Below, in pieces: positions 17,114 to 24,396 of a DNA stretch of 57,391 bases. Both the position numbers and the translations under genes were made by a program. The number at the start of each line of letters is the position of its first letter. The first letter of the stretch is position 1. The DNA comes from a bacterium. GTDB lineage: Bacteria; Patescibacteriota; Minisyncoccia; UBA6257; GWB1-50-10. The notes beneath the pieces are model-generated. The model searched no databases. It was not told the DNA's origin and was given only the letters and a program-made list of their open reading frames with translations. Where the stretch lies: the NCBI GenBank assembly GCA_021814835.1, contig JAKAHO010000001.1, forward strand, positions 2,225 to 59,615. The letters run 5' to 3'.

Positions 17114-17581
17114 ATGGTCACAGAAATTGCGGATGAAAAGATAAAGAAAGAAGCGATGGTGTTCATCAAAAATAGGAAACTTGCGGTAATTTCAACAGTT
17201 TCATTGGATGGGAAACCGGAATCGGCAATGGTCCTGTATTTTATTGATGATGATAACAATTTATTTTTCATCACGCGGAACGACACCAGAAAGGCGGCAA
17301 ACATCGCGCAGAATAAAAACGTGTCCCTGGTAATTAGCACAGAACTCGGCCCATCAACCATGCAAATGTCGGGCGAGGCGGAACGCATCGAAGAAGCGGG
17401 CAAACAAAATGAATTTCTCGCGAACCTCACAAAAGATACCATACTGCAAGCGCTCTATTATGGTCCATTTTTGAGTCTTATGGGCGTAAACTTTTCGCTC
17501 TACAAGATAAAAATCACATGGGCGCGGTGGTTGACGCTTGATTTGAAGGGATTGCGCGAGGTGTATTACCAGATAATCTAG
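17114..17581 (+). CDS. pyridoxamine 5'-phosphate oxidase-like FMN-binding split-barrel protein
   Basis: The pattern KLAVISTVSLDGKPESAMVLYF..LFFITRNDTRKAANI is typical of the PNPOx/general stress protein 26 family. Confidence 0.7.
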   Translation: MVTEIADEKIKKEAMVFIKNRKLAVISTVSLDGKPESAMVLYFIDDDNNLFFITRNDTRKAANIAQNKNVSLVISTELGPSTMQMSGEAERIEEAGKQNEFLANLTKDTILQALYYGPFLSLMGVNFSLYKIKITWARWLTLDLKGLREVYYQII

Positions 17582-17590
17582 AAGAAATAA

Positions 17591-17628
17591 AAACAAAGAC
17601 CTGAAATAAATCAGGTCTTTGTTTTGTA
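17591..17628 (+). terminator. rho-independent terminator
   Basis: 14-bp stem AAACAAAGACCTGA/TCAGGTCTTTGTTT followed by a T-run. Confidence 0.8.
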
Positions 17629-17688
17629 TAACTTGTATATCGGTGAAAGGTCGAATCAATACGTTTAAAAATACACACTATAATAACC

Positions 17689-18291
17689 ATGAACAAAAAA
17701 TTAGCAACAAAAATAATCAGAAATGCATCAATCGGGGTAATTTCACTTTCACTCTTGGGCGCGGGCGCGGCGTTTGCACAGACCGACGGGGGAACTTCAA
17801 CAATTTCGGGCGGGGCGGCGGCAATCGCTCCCAGAACGCAGACTCCATATCAAGCGGCAATCGCAAAAGCAAGAGCGGACAGAAAAACGGCGGTAGATTC
17901 CGCGCGCGAAACACGCAACGCAGCAATTAAATCTGCGCAGGATGCGTATAGGACTGCAATTACAGCGGCGGACGCAGCATATAAGTCGGCGGTAGGCGAT
18001 GCACAGTCATCACGAAAAGCAAATGAGGAGGCAGCAACGCAAAAAGTCCTCCAGGCAAGGGCAGCAAGAAAAGCGGCGGTAGATTCCGCGCGCGAAACAC
18101 GCAACGCAGCAATCGTGGCAGCAAGGCAGGCGCGTGATGCGGCAATCACGACCGCTACCACAGACAAGTCGGCAACAGAACGCGGCGCGGCGAATGACGC
18201 GTATCGCGCAGCGGTTAAATCCGCAAACGCGGCTTACAAGTCGGCAATAGATGCGGCAAATACCGCATACAAACAGGCGATTGCGCAGTAA
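17689..18291 (+). CDS. secreted Ala-rich repeat protein
   Basis: Signal peptide ..LLGAGAAFAQ. Internal repeat ..AVDSARETRNAAI.. encoded by a perfect 40-nt direct repeat. Confidence 0.7.
   Translation: MNKKLATKIIRNASIGVISLSLLGAGAAFAQTDGGTSTISGGAAAIAPRTQTPYQAAIAKARADRKTAVDSARETRNAAIKSAQDAYRTAITAADAAYKSAVGDAQSSRKANEEAATQKVLQARAARKAAVDSARETRNAAIVAARQARDAAITTATTDKSATERGAANDAYRAAVKSANAAYKSAIDAANTAYKQAIAQ
17888..17927 (+). repeat. 40-nt perfect direct repeat, copy 1 (copy 2 at 18074-18113)
   Basis: CGGCGGTAGATTCCGCGCGCGAAACACGCAACGCAGCAAT occurs twice, 186 nt (62 codons) apart, inside the same CDS. Confidence 0.9.
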
Positions 18292-18310
18292 TCTTCGGTA
18301 ATAAGTTGAA

Positions 18311-18341
18311 AAAAACACCCCGCGCGTACGGGGTGTTTTTG
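18311..18341 (+). terminator. rho-independent terminator
   Basis: ACACCCC/GGGGTGT stem followed by TTTTT. Confidence 0.75.
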
Positions 18342-18392
18342 GTATACTGATATAAGAAAGGTCGGTTGCACAACACACGATTTATTAAAACT

Positions 18393-18533
18393 ATGGAAAG
18401 TACTATTTGGATTACCGGATGGCTATTTGCAATCGGATACCTTCGCCTTCCATTCTGGAAGGGAGTTGCGGCGCTGATATTGTGGCCGTACTACCTTGGA
18501 GGAGCAGCGTACCGTCATTGGCACAAATCATAA
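18393..18533 (+). CDS. possible small membrane protein (46 aa)
   Basis: MESTIWITGWLFAIGYLRLPFWKGVAALILWPYYLGGAAYRHWHKS. Below the ORF-track length cutoff. A TGgTATACT promoter lies at 18340-18348. No clear SD. Confidence 0.35.
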   Translation: MESTIWITGWLFAIGYLRLPFWKGVAALILWPYYLGGAAYRHWHKS

Positions 18534-18592
18534 AAATATAAGCGAATCAAAAAAATGAGGCCATCCACGTATTCCGTGAATGGCCTCTTGAA

Positions 18593-19279
18593 TCAGTACC
18601 AGTCGAGCCCCGCCCAGACGGCGGCAATCTGCGAGGTGTTCGCTCGGTGCTTGCCCCCGAAGTAACGCTGCTGGGAGTAGTCGGCATTCACCGTAAGGTG
18701 AAGGTTCTTGCCAAGCAGAACGGCGTAGCCGATGCCGGTGAGAAGATTGCCTCCGCCGTCATACTTCGCGTGGCTGCCGGAAACCACGTCCCGATGCGAA
18801 ACCCCGGAAAGACCGAGACCGTTGCGAAGGAAAAAGCCGTCTTTCCACGGGAAAAGCGTGGTGACGAGATTCACGTTCGTAACAATGAGCTCGGTCGGGT
18901 AGCACGCGGTATCCGAAAACGACCTGAACCCGGTTACGTCGAGTCCCAGGAGAATCCTGGACGTGAGCGTCTTCCCGACCTTGAAGTTCAGGTACCGAAG
19001 GGGGAAATCGCGGGAGGACGTACTGTTCCAACCGCGCATCTTCCCCGTCGAACCGTTCTCGGCGTATGTGCCGCTCCCTCCGCCGAGTCCGAAACCGATG
19101 TACCAGCTGTCGCGCTGGAACTCGGCCCTCTTGGAAGAGGGGATGGACGGAGGCGGCCCCGCGTCGTCGTACTCCGACGGGCGAGGATAGGTTGCGGGCG
19201 GAATGACTTGCGCCATCGCGGGCAACGCGAGACTGCAGAACAAAATGAACGCAAACAGCTTCGAAAGCATGTGTGCCAT
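18593..19279 (-). CDS. secreted beta-barrel (porin/OmpA-like outer-membrane-type) protein
   Basis: Signal peptide ..SLALPAMAQ, alternating hydrophobic beta-strand pattern, Gly-rich loops, and a C-terminal ..WAGLDWY aromatic terminus. GGAGGAGG SD. Visibly GC-richer than its neighbours. Confidence 0.65.
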   Translation of the reverse strand: MAHMLSKLFAFILFCSLALPAMAQVIPPATYPRPSEYDDAGPPPSIPSSKRAEFQRDSWYIGFGLGGGSGTYAENGSTGKMRGWNSTSSRDFPLRYLNFKVGKTLTSRILLGLDVTGFRSFSDTACYPTELIVTNVNLVTTLFPWKDGFFLRNGLGLSGVSHRDVVSGSHAKYDGGGNLLTGIGYAVLLGKNLHLTVNADYSQQRYFGGKHRANTSQIAAVWAGLDWY

Positions 19280-19429
19280 TGACTGCCTCCTCCTTCGTAT
19301 TTCCGTGTGATTGACCGGAATGGTATGAGTGAAATAACTGCAAATATGATATCATTTTTCTATGATTGGGTCAAGACGCCCTCAAACTGAGTAGGGGAAT
19401 GCCGGCTATATATAACATTGAGGCCATTG

Positions 19430-19438
19430 TGATAAAAT
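19430..19438 (+). promoter_or_regulatory. extended -10 promoter TGaTAAAAT
   Basis: Lies upstream of the DoxX gene, about 30 nt before ATG 19470. Confidence 0.45.
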
Positions 19439-19469
19439 AGGGAAGTAGGAAAAAAAAATAACTAAATAT

Positions 19470-19886
19470 ATGCACAAACAGATTCATAAGCACGTTTCGA
19501 ATTGGCAGTCGTGGGCGCCGTACATTCAGAGCGCATTGCGCATCGTTGCCGCATTGCTCTTTACGCTTGTCGGCACGTCAAAATTATTCGCGTTTCCAAT
19601 CGGCGCAATGCAAGGAGGGGGCGCCGTTCCGCTCTACTCGCTTATGGGTCTCGCGGGTTTCCTTGAAGCATTCGGGGGGTTAATGATGCTCTTTGGCCTC
19701 TTTACGCGTCCCATCGCATTTGTTCTCTCGGGAGAAATGGCGGTTGCGTACTTCCTTGCGCACTTCTCGCGGAGCATTTGGCCGATGATGAACGGGGGCA
19801 CGGACGCCATCCTCTTCTGCTTCATTTGGCTCTACTTCTCTTCGGCGGGCGCGGGCCCTTGGAGTCTCGACGCAATAAGAAAATAA
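19470..19886 (+). CDS. DoxX family membrane protein
   Basis: 4-TM protein with LRIVAALLFTLVGTSKLF..FLEAFGGLMMLFGLFTRP. Confidence 0.8.
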   Translation: MHKQIHKHVSNWQSWAPYIQSALRIVAALLFTLVGTSKLFAFPIGAMQGGGAVPLYSLMGLAGFLEAFGGLMMLFGLFTRPIAFVLSGEMAVAYFLAHFSRSIWPMMNGGTDAILFCFIWLYFSSAGAGPWSLDAIRK

Positions 19887-19901
19887 CCCCTTGGCATCGC
19901 G

Positions 19902-19940
19902 CCCCCTATTCGCAATTTAAGCGAATAGGGGGTTTTTATT
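19902..19940 (+). terminator. rho-independent terminator
   Basis: 12-bp stem CCCCCTATTCGC/GCGAATAGGGGG followed by TTTTT. Confidence 0.8.
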
Positions 19941-19949
19941 TATTAATTT

Positions 19950-20342
19950 CTATCGGATTCCTGTGTCGCAGGGAATTGCGTACCCGTTCAGTACGGGCGA
20001 TTGCGCGATAATCGTTATCGGCGAACAACGCGGATACACCGCGCCTCCGCCCGCCTCAATTGTATACGTTCCATAGGGAACAATGAGCCTAAAAGTTCCG
20101 TCGGCTCCTGTGCGCGTAGTGCCGACTACCGAATTGCCATCGAGCGCCTGAATGTCCGTCTCGTACCCCTTCGGCGCGCAACGCGGGTCGGGCGGAATCC
20201 GCTCAACGGGGCAAACAGGCGAGAGCGTTACTCTTCCGGTAATGACCGCATGCATCACATTTCTCACGTTCATTTTATAAATACTAAATCCGGCTCCGAG
20301 GAGTATGGCTGCCGCGAACAGTGCGATAAGCACTTTGTTCAT
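19950..20342 (-). CDS. hypothetical secreted/anchored protein
   Basis: N-terminal signal/anchor MNKVLIALFAAAILLGAGF. The remainder looks beta-rich. Confidence 0.55.
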   Translation of the reverse strand: MNKVLIALFAAAILLGAGFSIYKMNVRNVMHAVITGRVTLSPVCPVERIPPDPRCAPKGYETDIQALDGNSVVGTTRTGADGTFRLIVPYGTYTIEAGGGAVYPRCSPITIIAQSPVLNGYAIPCDTGIR

Positions 20343-20359
20343 CTCTTTAATAATATCAC

Positions 20360-20581
20360 TCAGCCCCTCAACAATGTCGCGATATAGAGGGCTTCAACTT
20401 TTTCCCTTGCCCACAAAGTTTTCCGCAAAAAAGTGAGACTCGATTTAATGCTCGGGTTATTCGTGAAACACTTTATGGCGATGCGCGTTCCAAGTTCCTC
20501 CCAGCCGTATTGTTCCAATAAAAACTCAAGAATAGATTCGAGCGTCTTGCCGTGGAGCGGGTCGTTCGAGGGCGTAGCCAT
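20360..20581 (-). CDS. VF530/DUF2132-family small DNA-binding-like protein
   Basis: [53 protein letters not shown] matches my recollection of DUF2132. Confidence 0.7.
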   Translation of the reverse strand: MATPSNDPLHGKTLESILEFLLEQYGWEELGTRIAIKCFTNNPSIKSSLTFLRKTLWAREKVEALYIATLLRG

Positions 20582-20991
20582 TATACGAGGTCCGCTAAAT
20601 CCGGCTTGTGGTAATTGGGGCCTTTGAGTACTTTGCCGTCCTCGCGGTAAATCGGCTTTCCGTCCTCGCCGAGCTTGCTCATATTGGATTCGTGCACGCG
20701 CACGAACGCCTCATCAAGTTTCTCTAGGGGCTTCACCGATACCGAAGTGCCCGAGAGCACCACCTGCACGTCCGAGAGTTCTTTCAGCATATTTACGTAC
20801 AGCGCATGGGGGACGGGCGTGCCCGCTTCGAGGTGCGCAATCGCGGCATCAATATCCGCAAACAATTCTTTTGTTTCTTCATCGATAAGCGAGCGGCGCA
20901 ATTTCAACAATTTCACCGTCGGCTCAGCATTCACCTCAACGCCGAATGCGTCGTGGAATTCTTTAATATAATCCTCCCGCGTCTTCTTCAT
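20581..20991 (-). CDS. MazG-like nucleotide pyrophosphohydrolase family protein
   Basis: All-alpha protein with [39 protein letters not shown]. Start trimmed to ATG 20991, which is 7 nt after a TGaTATACT box. Confidence 0.65.
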   Translation of the reverse strand: MKKTREDYIKEFHDAFGVEVNAEPTVKLLKLRRSLIDEETKELFADIDAAIAHLEAGTPVPHALYVNMLKELSDVQVVLSGTSVSVKPLEKLDEAFVRVHESNMSKLGEDGKPIYREDGKVLKGPNYHKPDLADLV

Positions 20992-20998
20992 GTGTCTC

Positions 20999-21007
20999 AG
21001 TATATCA
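20999..21007 (-). promoter_or_regulatory. extended -10 promoter TGaTATACT, leaderless geometry
   Basis: 7 nt between the -10 box and ATG 20991. Confidence 0.5.
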
Positions 21008-21030
21008 AAAAATCCGCCAAAGGGCGGATT
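21005..21030 (-). terminator. rho-independent terminator
   Basis: AATCCGCC/GGCGGATT stem followed by TTTTTT on the minus strand. Confidence 0.7.
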
Positions 21031-21034
21031 TTGG

Positions 21035-21304
21035 TTATTCCTTTTCCTTGCCCCAGCTCCAGCGGGGCTTTTCGCCTTTCCAATAGGCGAGCGCGAGTAA
21101 AAGCAACGCAAGTACAAACGTCTGCGGAATGACATTAAGGAGAGTGTCGCTCGCCGAGTGCGAATCTCCATCAATTCTATTGGCATTCAAGGCCACCAGC
21201 ACCACAAACACCGCAACGGAAAACCACCCCTGCCACGTTATGGGAGTCCAGCCCCATCCATACCTCTTCCTCTTAAACCAAAGTTTTTTAGGCGTGTCGG
21301 TCAT
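21035..21304 (-). CDS. small 2-TM membrane protein
   Basis: Trp-rich N-terminus (KRYGWGWTPITWQGW) and two hydrophobic helices. Confidence 0.55.
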   Translation of the reverse strand: MTDTPKKLWFKRKRYGWGWTPITWQGWFSVAVFVVLVALNANRIDGDSHSASDTLLNVIPQTFVLALLLLALAYWKGEKPRWSWGKEKE

Positions 21305-21344
21305 TACTTCTATTTTACATCATTGGAAAAAAATCAGCGCATTT

Positions 21345-21378
21345 TAAATAAAACAACACCCACTACATTGTAGTGGGT
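21345..21378 (-). terminator. rho-independent terminator
   Basis: ACCCACTACA/TGTAGTGGGT stem followed by a T-rich run on the minus strand. Confidence 0.7.
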
Positions 21379-21417
21379 TTAATCGGCTCCTTTCCTTGGT
21401 AGGTTGCGAGTGAGCGA

Positions 21418-21768
21418 CTAGCGGCCCCCGATGATGATGCGGTTCATCTCCCGCTCGATCTCCTTGCGCGGGAGGTTGCCGTGGCGCGCCGAGTCGATGA
21501 TGTGCGTCTCGATCATCGCCATGTAGCCGACGGCGGTGGGCGGGTCGAGCAGGAAGTCCGCGAACCACTCCTCGCACAGCTCGGTCTCGGACCCCTCGTC
21601 CATCAGGCACCGCTCGTCCTTCGGGAGCTGCTCCAGGGCGTTCCTCGCCTCGTGCCGCCGCGCCAGCTTCCGGAGGTACTTCACGAAGTCGACCTCGTTG
21701 GAAACGGCGAGCTTGAGGAACTGCAGACCGACGCGAACCTCCAACACGTACTCGGCACGCTTGCTCAT
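21418..21768 (-). CDS. hypothetical protein (GC-rich orphan 1)
   Basis: 116 aa with no recognisable domain. GGAAAGG SD and a consensus TTGACA-16-TATAAT promoter upstream. Confidence 0.55.
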   Translation of the reverse strand: MSKRAEYVLEVRVGLQFLKLAVSNEVDFVKYLRKLARRHEARNALEQLPKDERCLMDEGSETELCEEWFADFLLDPPTAVGYMAMIETHIIDSARHGNLPRKEIEREMNRIIIGGR

Positions 21769-21822
21769 AACTACCTTTCCGGGGCTTTGCCCCTATTCGG
21801 TTGTAAAGCTCAATACGAAAAC

Positions 21823-21850
21823 ATTATAGCACAACATTCATATTTGTCAA
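21823..21850 (-). promoter_or_regulatory. consensus sigma70 promoter TTGACA-16-TGcTATAAT
   Basis: The -35 box is at 21850..21845 and the -10 box at 21828..21823. Near-identical to the promoter at 22448-22475. Confidence 0.7.
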
Positions 21851-21920
21851 TACTCCATAAATAAAAGACCGCATCAGACGAACTTCCGAACGGGGTCGGA
21901 ATCGTTTCTGATGCGGGTTG

Positions 21921-22391
21921 CTATGATGGGAGCTGACTCAGGTCGAGCATGTCGCTGGCAATCTTCGTCCAGTTCATGTCTCGCACCTCGTCGCAGGTCG
22001 CGCCGCGAATCCCATCAAGCATGTCCTGCAGGTACTGCTGGTCGGAACAGCGCGCGCCGTGAAACATCTCGTGAAGCCACAGACCCTCTTCGAGTTTGCC
22101 GCCGCCCATCCCGCCAGTCACGACATTTTCTTCATTGCCGGTAACGAGGTAGACCAGGCGGCCGCCGCCCTTGTTGCTGCTCCACGCAAGCTTGTCGAGA
22201 CGAACGAGCAAATCGTAAATCCTCGACTTCGGGCCGACCAGATTCCACGGAACCGTGAGAAAAATCTGTCCGCCCCAGTCACCTTCGAAAACCAGCCAGC
22301 ATGGACCGTTTCCGAGTTCTGCCTTGCACTGATCGAGAAGACCCTTCAGACCCAACTCGTGAAAATGGGGGACGGTTTCCTGAACTTGCAT
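21921..22391 (-). CDS. hypothetical protein (GC-rich orphan 2)
   Basis: 156 aa. Start trimmed to ATG 22391 (MQVQETVPHF..), behind a GAGAGG SD. No recognisable domain. Confidence 0.55.
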   Translation of the reverse strand: MQVQETVPHFHELGLKGLLDQCKAELGNGPCWLVFEGDWGGQIFLTVPWNLVGPKSRIYDLLVRLDKLAWSSNKGGGRLVYLVTGNEENVVTGGMGGGKLEEGLWLHEMFHGARCSDQQYLQDMLDGIRGATCDEVRDMNWTKIASDMLDLSQLPS

Positions 22392-22447
22392 TTGAATGCC
22401 TCTCTGGGGCAACGCCCCCATTGAATTTTTAAAGCAAATCTAAAAAC

Positions 22448-22475
22448 ATTATAGCACAATATTAAAATTTGTCAA
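22448..22475 (-). promoter_or_regulatory. consensus sigma70 promoter TTGACA-16-TGcTATAAT
   Basis: The -35 box is at 22475..22470 and the -10 box at 22453..22448. Confidence 0.7.
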
Positions 22476-22551
22476 TCATTGGATTCAAAGCAATGTCAGC
22501 AACGAAACAACCCTGGATTTCCCGCCCTTTTTGTTGTTAAATGAAGGACAT

Positions 22552-22570
22552 TGGGGGATCGTCTAATGGT
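22552..22570 (+). repeat. tRNA-Gln 5' fragment (acceptor 5' strand to D-loop), 19/19 identical to 22638-22656
   Basis: TGGGGGATCGTCTAATGGT. Confidence 0.9.
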
Positions 22571-22637
22571 TGCGCTGCGCTTGTCACCGCACTGCGTTCG
22601 GAACCATAATTCATAAGCACGCATTTGTGCACATTGC

Positions 22638-22708
22638 TGGGGGATCGTCTAATGGTAGGACAGCGGCCTTTGAAGCCGTGAATCGGGGTTCGAATCCCTG
22701 TCCCCCAG
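22638..22708 (+). tRNA. tRNA-Gln (anticodon UUG)
   Basis: Hand-folded cloverleaf: acceptor TGGGGGA/TCCCCCA, D arm GTC..GAC, anticodon stem GCGGC/GCCGT with loop CTTTGAA, T arm CGGGG-TTCGAAT-CCCTG, discriminator G. CCA is not encoded. Confidence 0.9.
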
Positions 22709-22756
22709 CAATGTGCGGAAATGCTTATGAATTCTGTTCCCTCACTTCGTTAGCGA

Positions 22757-22811
22757 TAGGACAGCGGCCTTTGAAGCCGTGAATCGGGGTTCGAATCCCT
22801 GTCCCCCAGCA
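22757..22811 (+). repeat. tRNA-Gln 3' fragment (D-loop to 3' end), 55/55 identical to 22656-22710
   Basis: TAGGACAGCGGCCTTTGAAGCCGTGAATCGGGGTTCGAATCCCTGTCCCCCAGCA. Confidence 0.9.
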
Positions 22812-22824
22812 TCGCCAAAACAAA

Positions 22825-22847
22825 GCACCCCTTGCGGGTGTATTTTG
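22825..22847 (+). terminator. rho-independent terminator
   Basis: CACCC/GGGTG stem followed by TATTTT. Confidence 0.55.
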
Positions 22848-22909
22848 ACAACCGCAATTCTCCGTGGCATTTTGATTTTAGCTCCAATCGTATCTGACGG
22901 AGGTGGCAC

Positions 22910-23143
22910 ATGGCGAAAGTCCGATTGTGCTCAATCTGCGGGAAACCGCTCGCAGAGGTGAACTTTGCCATCAGAGATTTCTGCCCGAAAGAAACTGGCC
23001 CAGAATGGCTCTGGCGGCACATCGTCGGTGCGCTGACCATCGGTCTGAAACGGCGGAAGTACGCGGTCATCATTCCGGTCTGCCCGGAATGCGTCGAGGT
23101 GCGGCGCACGGCGAACATCGCAGGCGAGGAGGAAACCGCATGA
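22910..23143 (+). CDS. small zinc-ribbon protein
   Basis: CSIC..(49 aa)..CPEC. GGAGGTG SD 5 nt upstream. A strong terminator follows. Confidence 0.6.
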   Translation: MAKVRLCSICGKPLAEVNFAIRDFCPKETGPEWLWRHIVGALTIGLKRRKYAVIIPVCPECVEVRRTANIAGEEETA

Positions 23144-23150
23144 AAAACTC

Positions 23151-23176
23151 AAAGCCCCGAAATTCGGGGCTTTTTG
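23151..23176 (+). terminator. rho-independent terminator
   Basis: AGCCCCGA/TCGGGGCT stem followed by TTTTT. Confidence 0.8.
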
Positions 23177-23232
23177 CTTTCTCGATTTTTGCGCAAATTA
23201 CCCCAACAAAAAAGTTTTGATACAATCAACAT

Positions 23233-23838
23233 ATGAGAAAAATAATTACCACAACTTTTATAACGATGGACGGTGTAATGCAGGCGCCAGGCGGGTCGGA
23301 AGAAGACACGACAGGAGGATTTGCGTACGGCGGGTGGCAAATGAAGTTTCCATCGGACAAAATGCTTGATGCAAAACTCGCCGAATTTATGCATATGCCG
23401 TTTGAATTACTCCTCGGCAAATTCACGTACGATATTTTTGCCTCGTACTGGCCTACGGCAAAAACAGACCTTGAGGTGGCAAATCCGTTTAACAGCACGA
23501 AAAAATATGTTGTATCGCACAAATCTTTTGAGCCTTCGTGGAAAAACTCGACCTGCATCACGGGCGATGTTGTATCCGAAATCAAAAAACTCAAGGAACA
23601 AAACGGTCCCGATTTGTGGGTGTGGGGGAGCGGGAATCTCATCCAAACCCTGCTCAAAAATGACCTCATCGACAGAATGCACCTCTGGATACACCCCATC
23701 ACAATTGGCAGCGGTAAACGGCTTTTTGCGGAAGGAACACAGCCCAGAAACTTTAAACTCATCGAATCAAAAATTTCCGCGACCGGCATCATCTTCACTA
23801 CATACGAGCCGAGCGGCATCCTACCCCCAAGCAAATAG
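23233..23838 (+). CDS. dihydrofolate reductase-like (RibD C-terminal domain) family protein
   Basis: MRKIITTTFITMDGVMQAPGG.., LWVWGSGNLIQTLLKNDLIDRMHLWIHPITIGSGKRLF. Confidence 0.8.
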   Translation: MRKIITTTFITMDGVMQAPGGSEEDTTGGFAYGGWQMKFPSDKMLDAKLAEFMHMPFELLLGKFTYDIFASYWPTAKTDLEVANPFNSTKKYVVSHKSFEPSWKNSTCITGDVVSEIKKLKEQNGPDLWVWGSGNLIQTLLKNDLIDRMHLWIHPITIGSGKRLFAEGTQPRNFKLIESKISATGIIFTTYEPSGILPPSK

Positions 23839-23932
23839 TTTCCAAAACCATTCATTCCGTGCGCAAAGCTTTACTTGACTGATTTACAGATATGTTTTAA
23901 TATCTGACCAGTTCAAGGAAAGGGAGGTAACC

Positions 23933-24256
23933 ATGTTCGGAATCAAGAAGATGTTCTTCGAAAGAAAGCGTCAAAGGGCTCTCGGTGAGTTGCGGTTGGA
24001 GCTCCAAAACGCTGGGTTCGCCCTGTGGCCGCATCTCGACTCGAAGATGAAGGTCGTAGAGCTTGGAGCGGAGATTGGCATCCTCATGGGCGACCCCACG
24101 AACTCGGGGTTCAAAGAGGAAAAGTCGATCGATGTGATCCATTACATCAGCACGCAGGTTGCTACGAAGCACGGCCTTGCGTCCATCGGTCAAGGACCCG
24201 TGTGCGTCGAACATGCCGTTCTCGTGGCGTACTGCGGCTTTCGGCGCGCCGCGTAG
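23933..24256 (+). CDS. hypothetical protein
   Basis: AGGGAGGT SD 6 nt upstream and a hairpin plus T-run terminator downstream. Chosen over the antisense ORF 23897..24280. Confidence 0.6.
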   Translation: MFGIKKMFFERKRQRALGELRLELQNAGFALWPHLDSKMKVVELGAEIGILMGDPTNSGFKEEKSIDVIHYISTQVATKHGLASIGQGPVCVEHAVLVAYCGFRRAA

Positions 24257-24275
24257 GTACATCGCTGATATTTCG

Positions 24276-24305
24276 GCCACCCTAGCCCAAGGGTGGCTTT
24301 TTCTT
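24276..24305 (+). terminator. rho-independent terminator
   Basis: GCCACCC/GGGTGGC stem followed by TTTTT. Confidence 0.75.
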
Positions 24306-24348
24306 TCAAAAAGATTTCCATCACATTAAGTTATTGCACTAATCGGTG

Positions 24349-24381
24349 AAAACAAAAAAACCAGTTGTAAAGGACAACTGG
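24349..24381 (-). terminator. rho-independent terminator
   Basis: CCAGTTGT/ACAACTGG stem followed by TTTTTTT on the minus strand. Confidence 0.7.
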
Positions 24382-24396
24382 CAAACCTTCTGACTC

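Noticed and set aside
22570-23118. ORFs 22570..22782 (+) and 22750..23118 (-) across the tRNA-Gln locus.
   Set aside because: They are composed of tRNA and tRNA-fragment sequence and overlap a well-supported small gene (22910..23143). There is no coding evidence for them.
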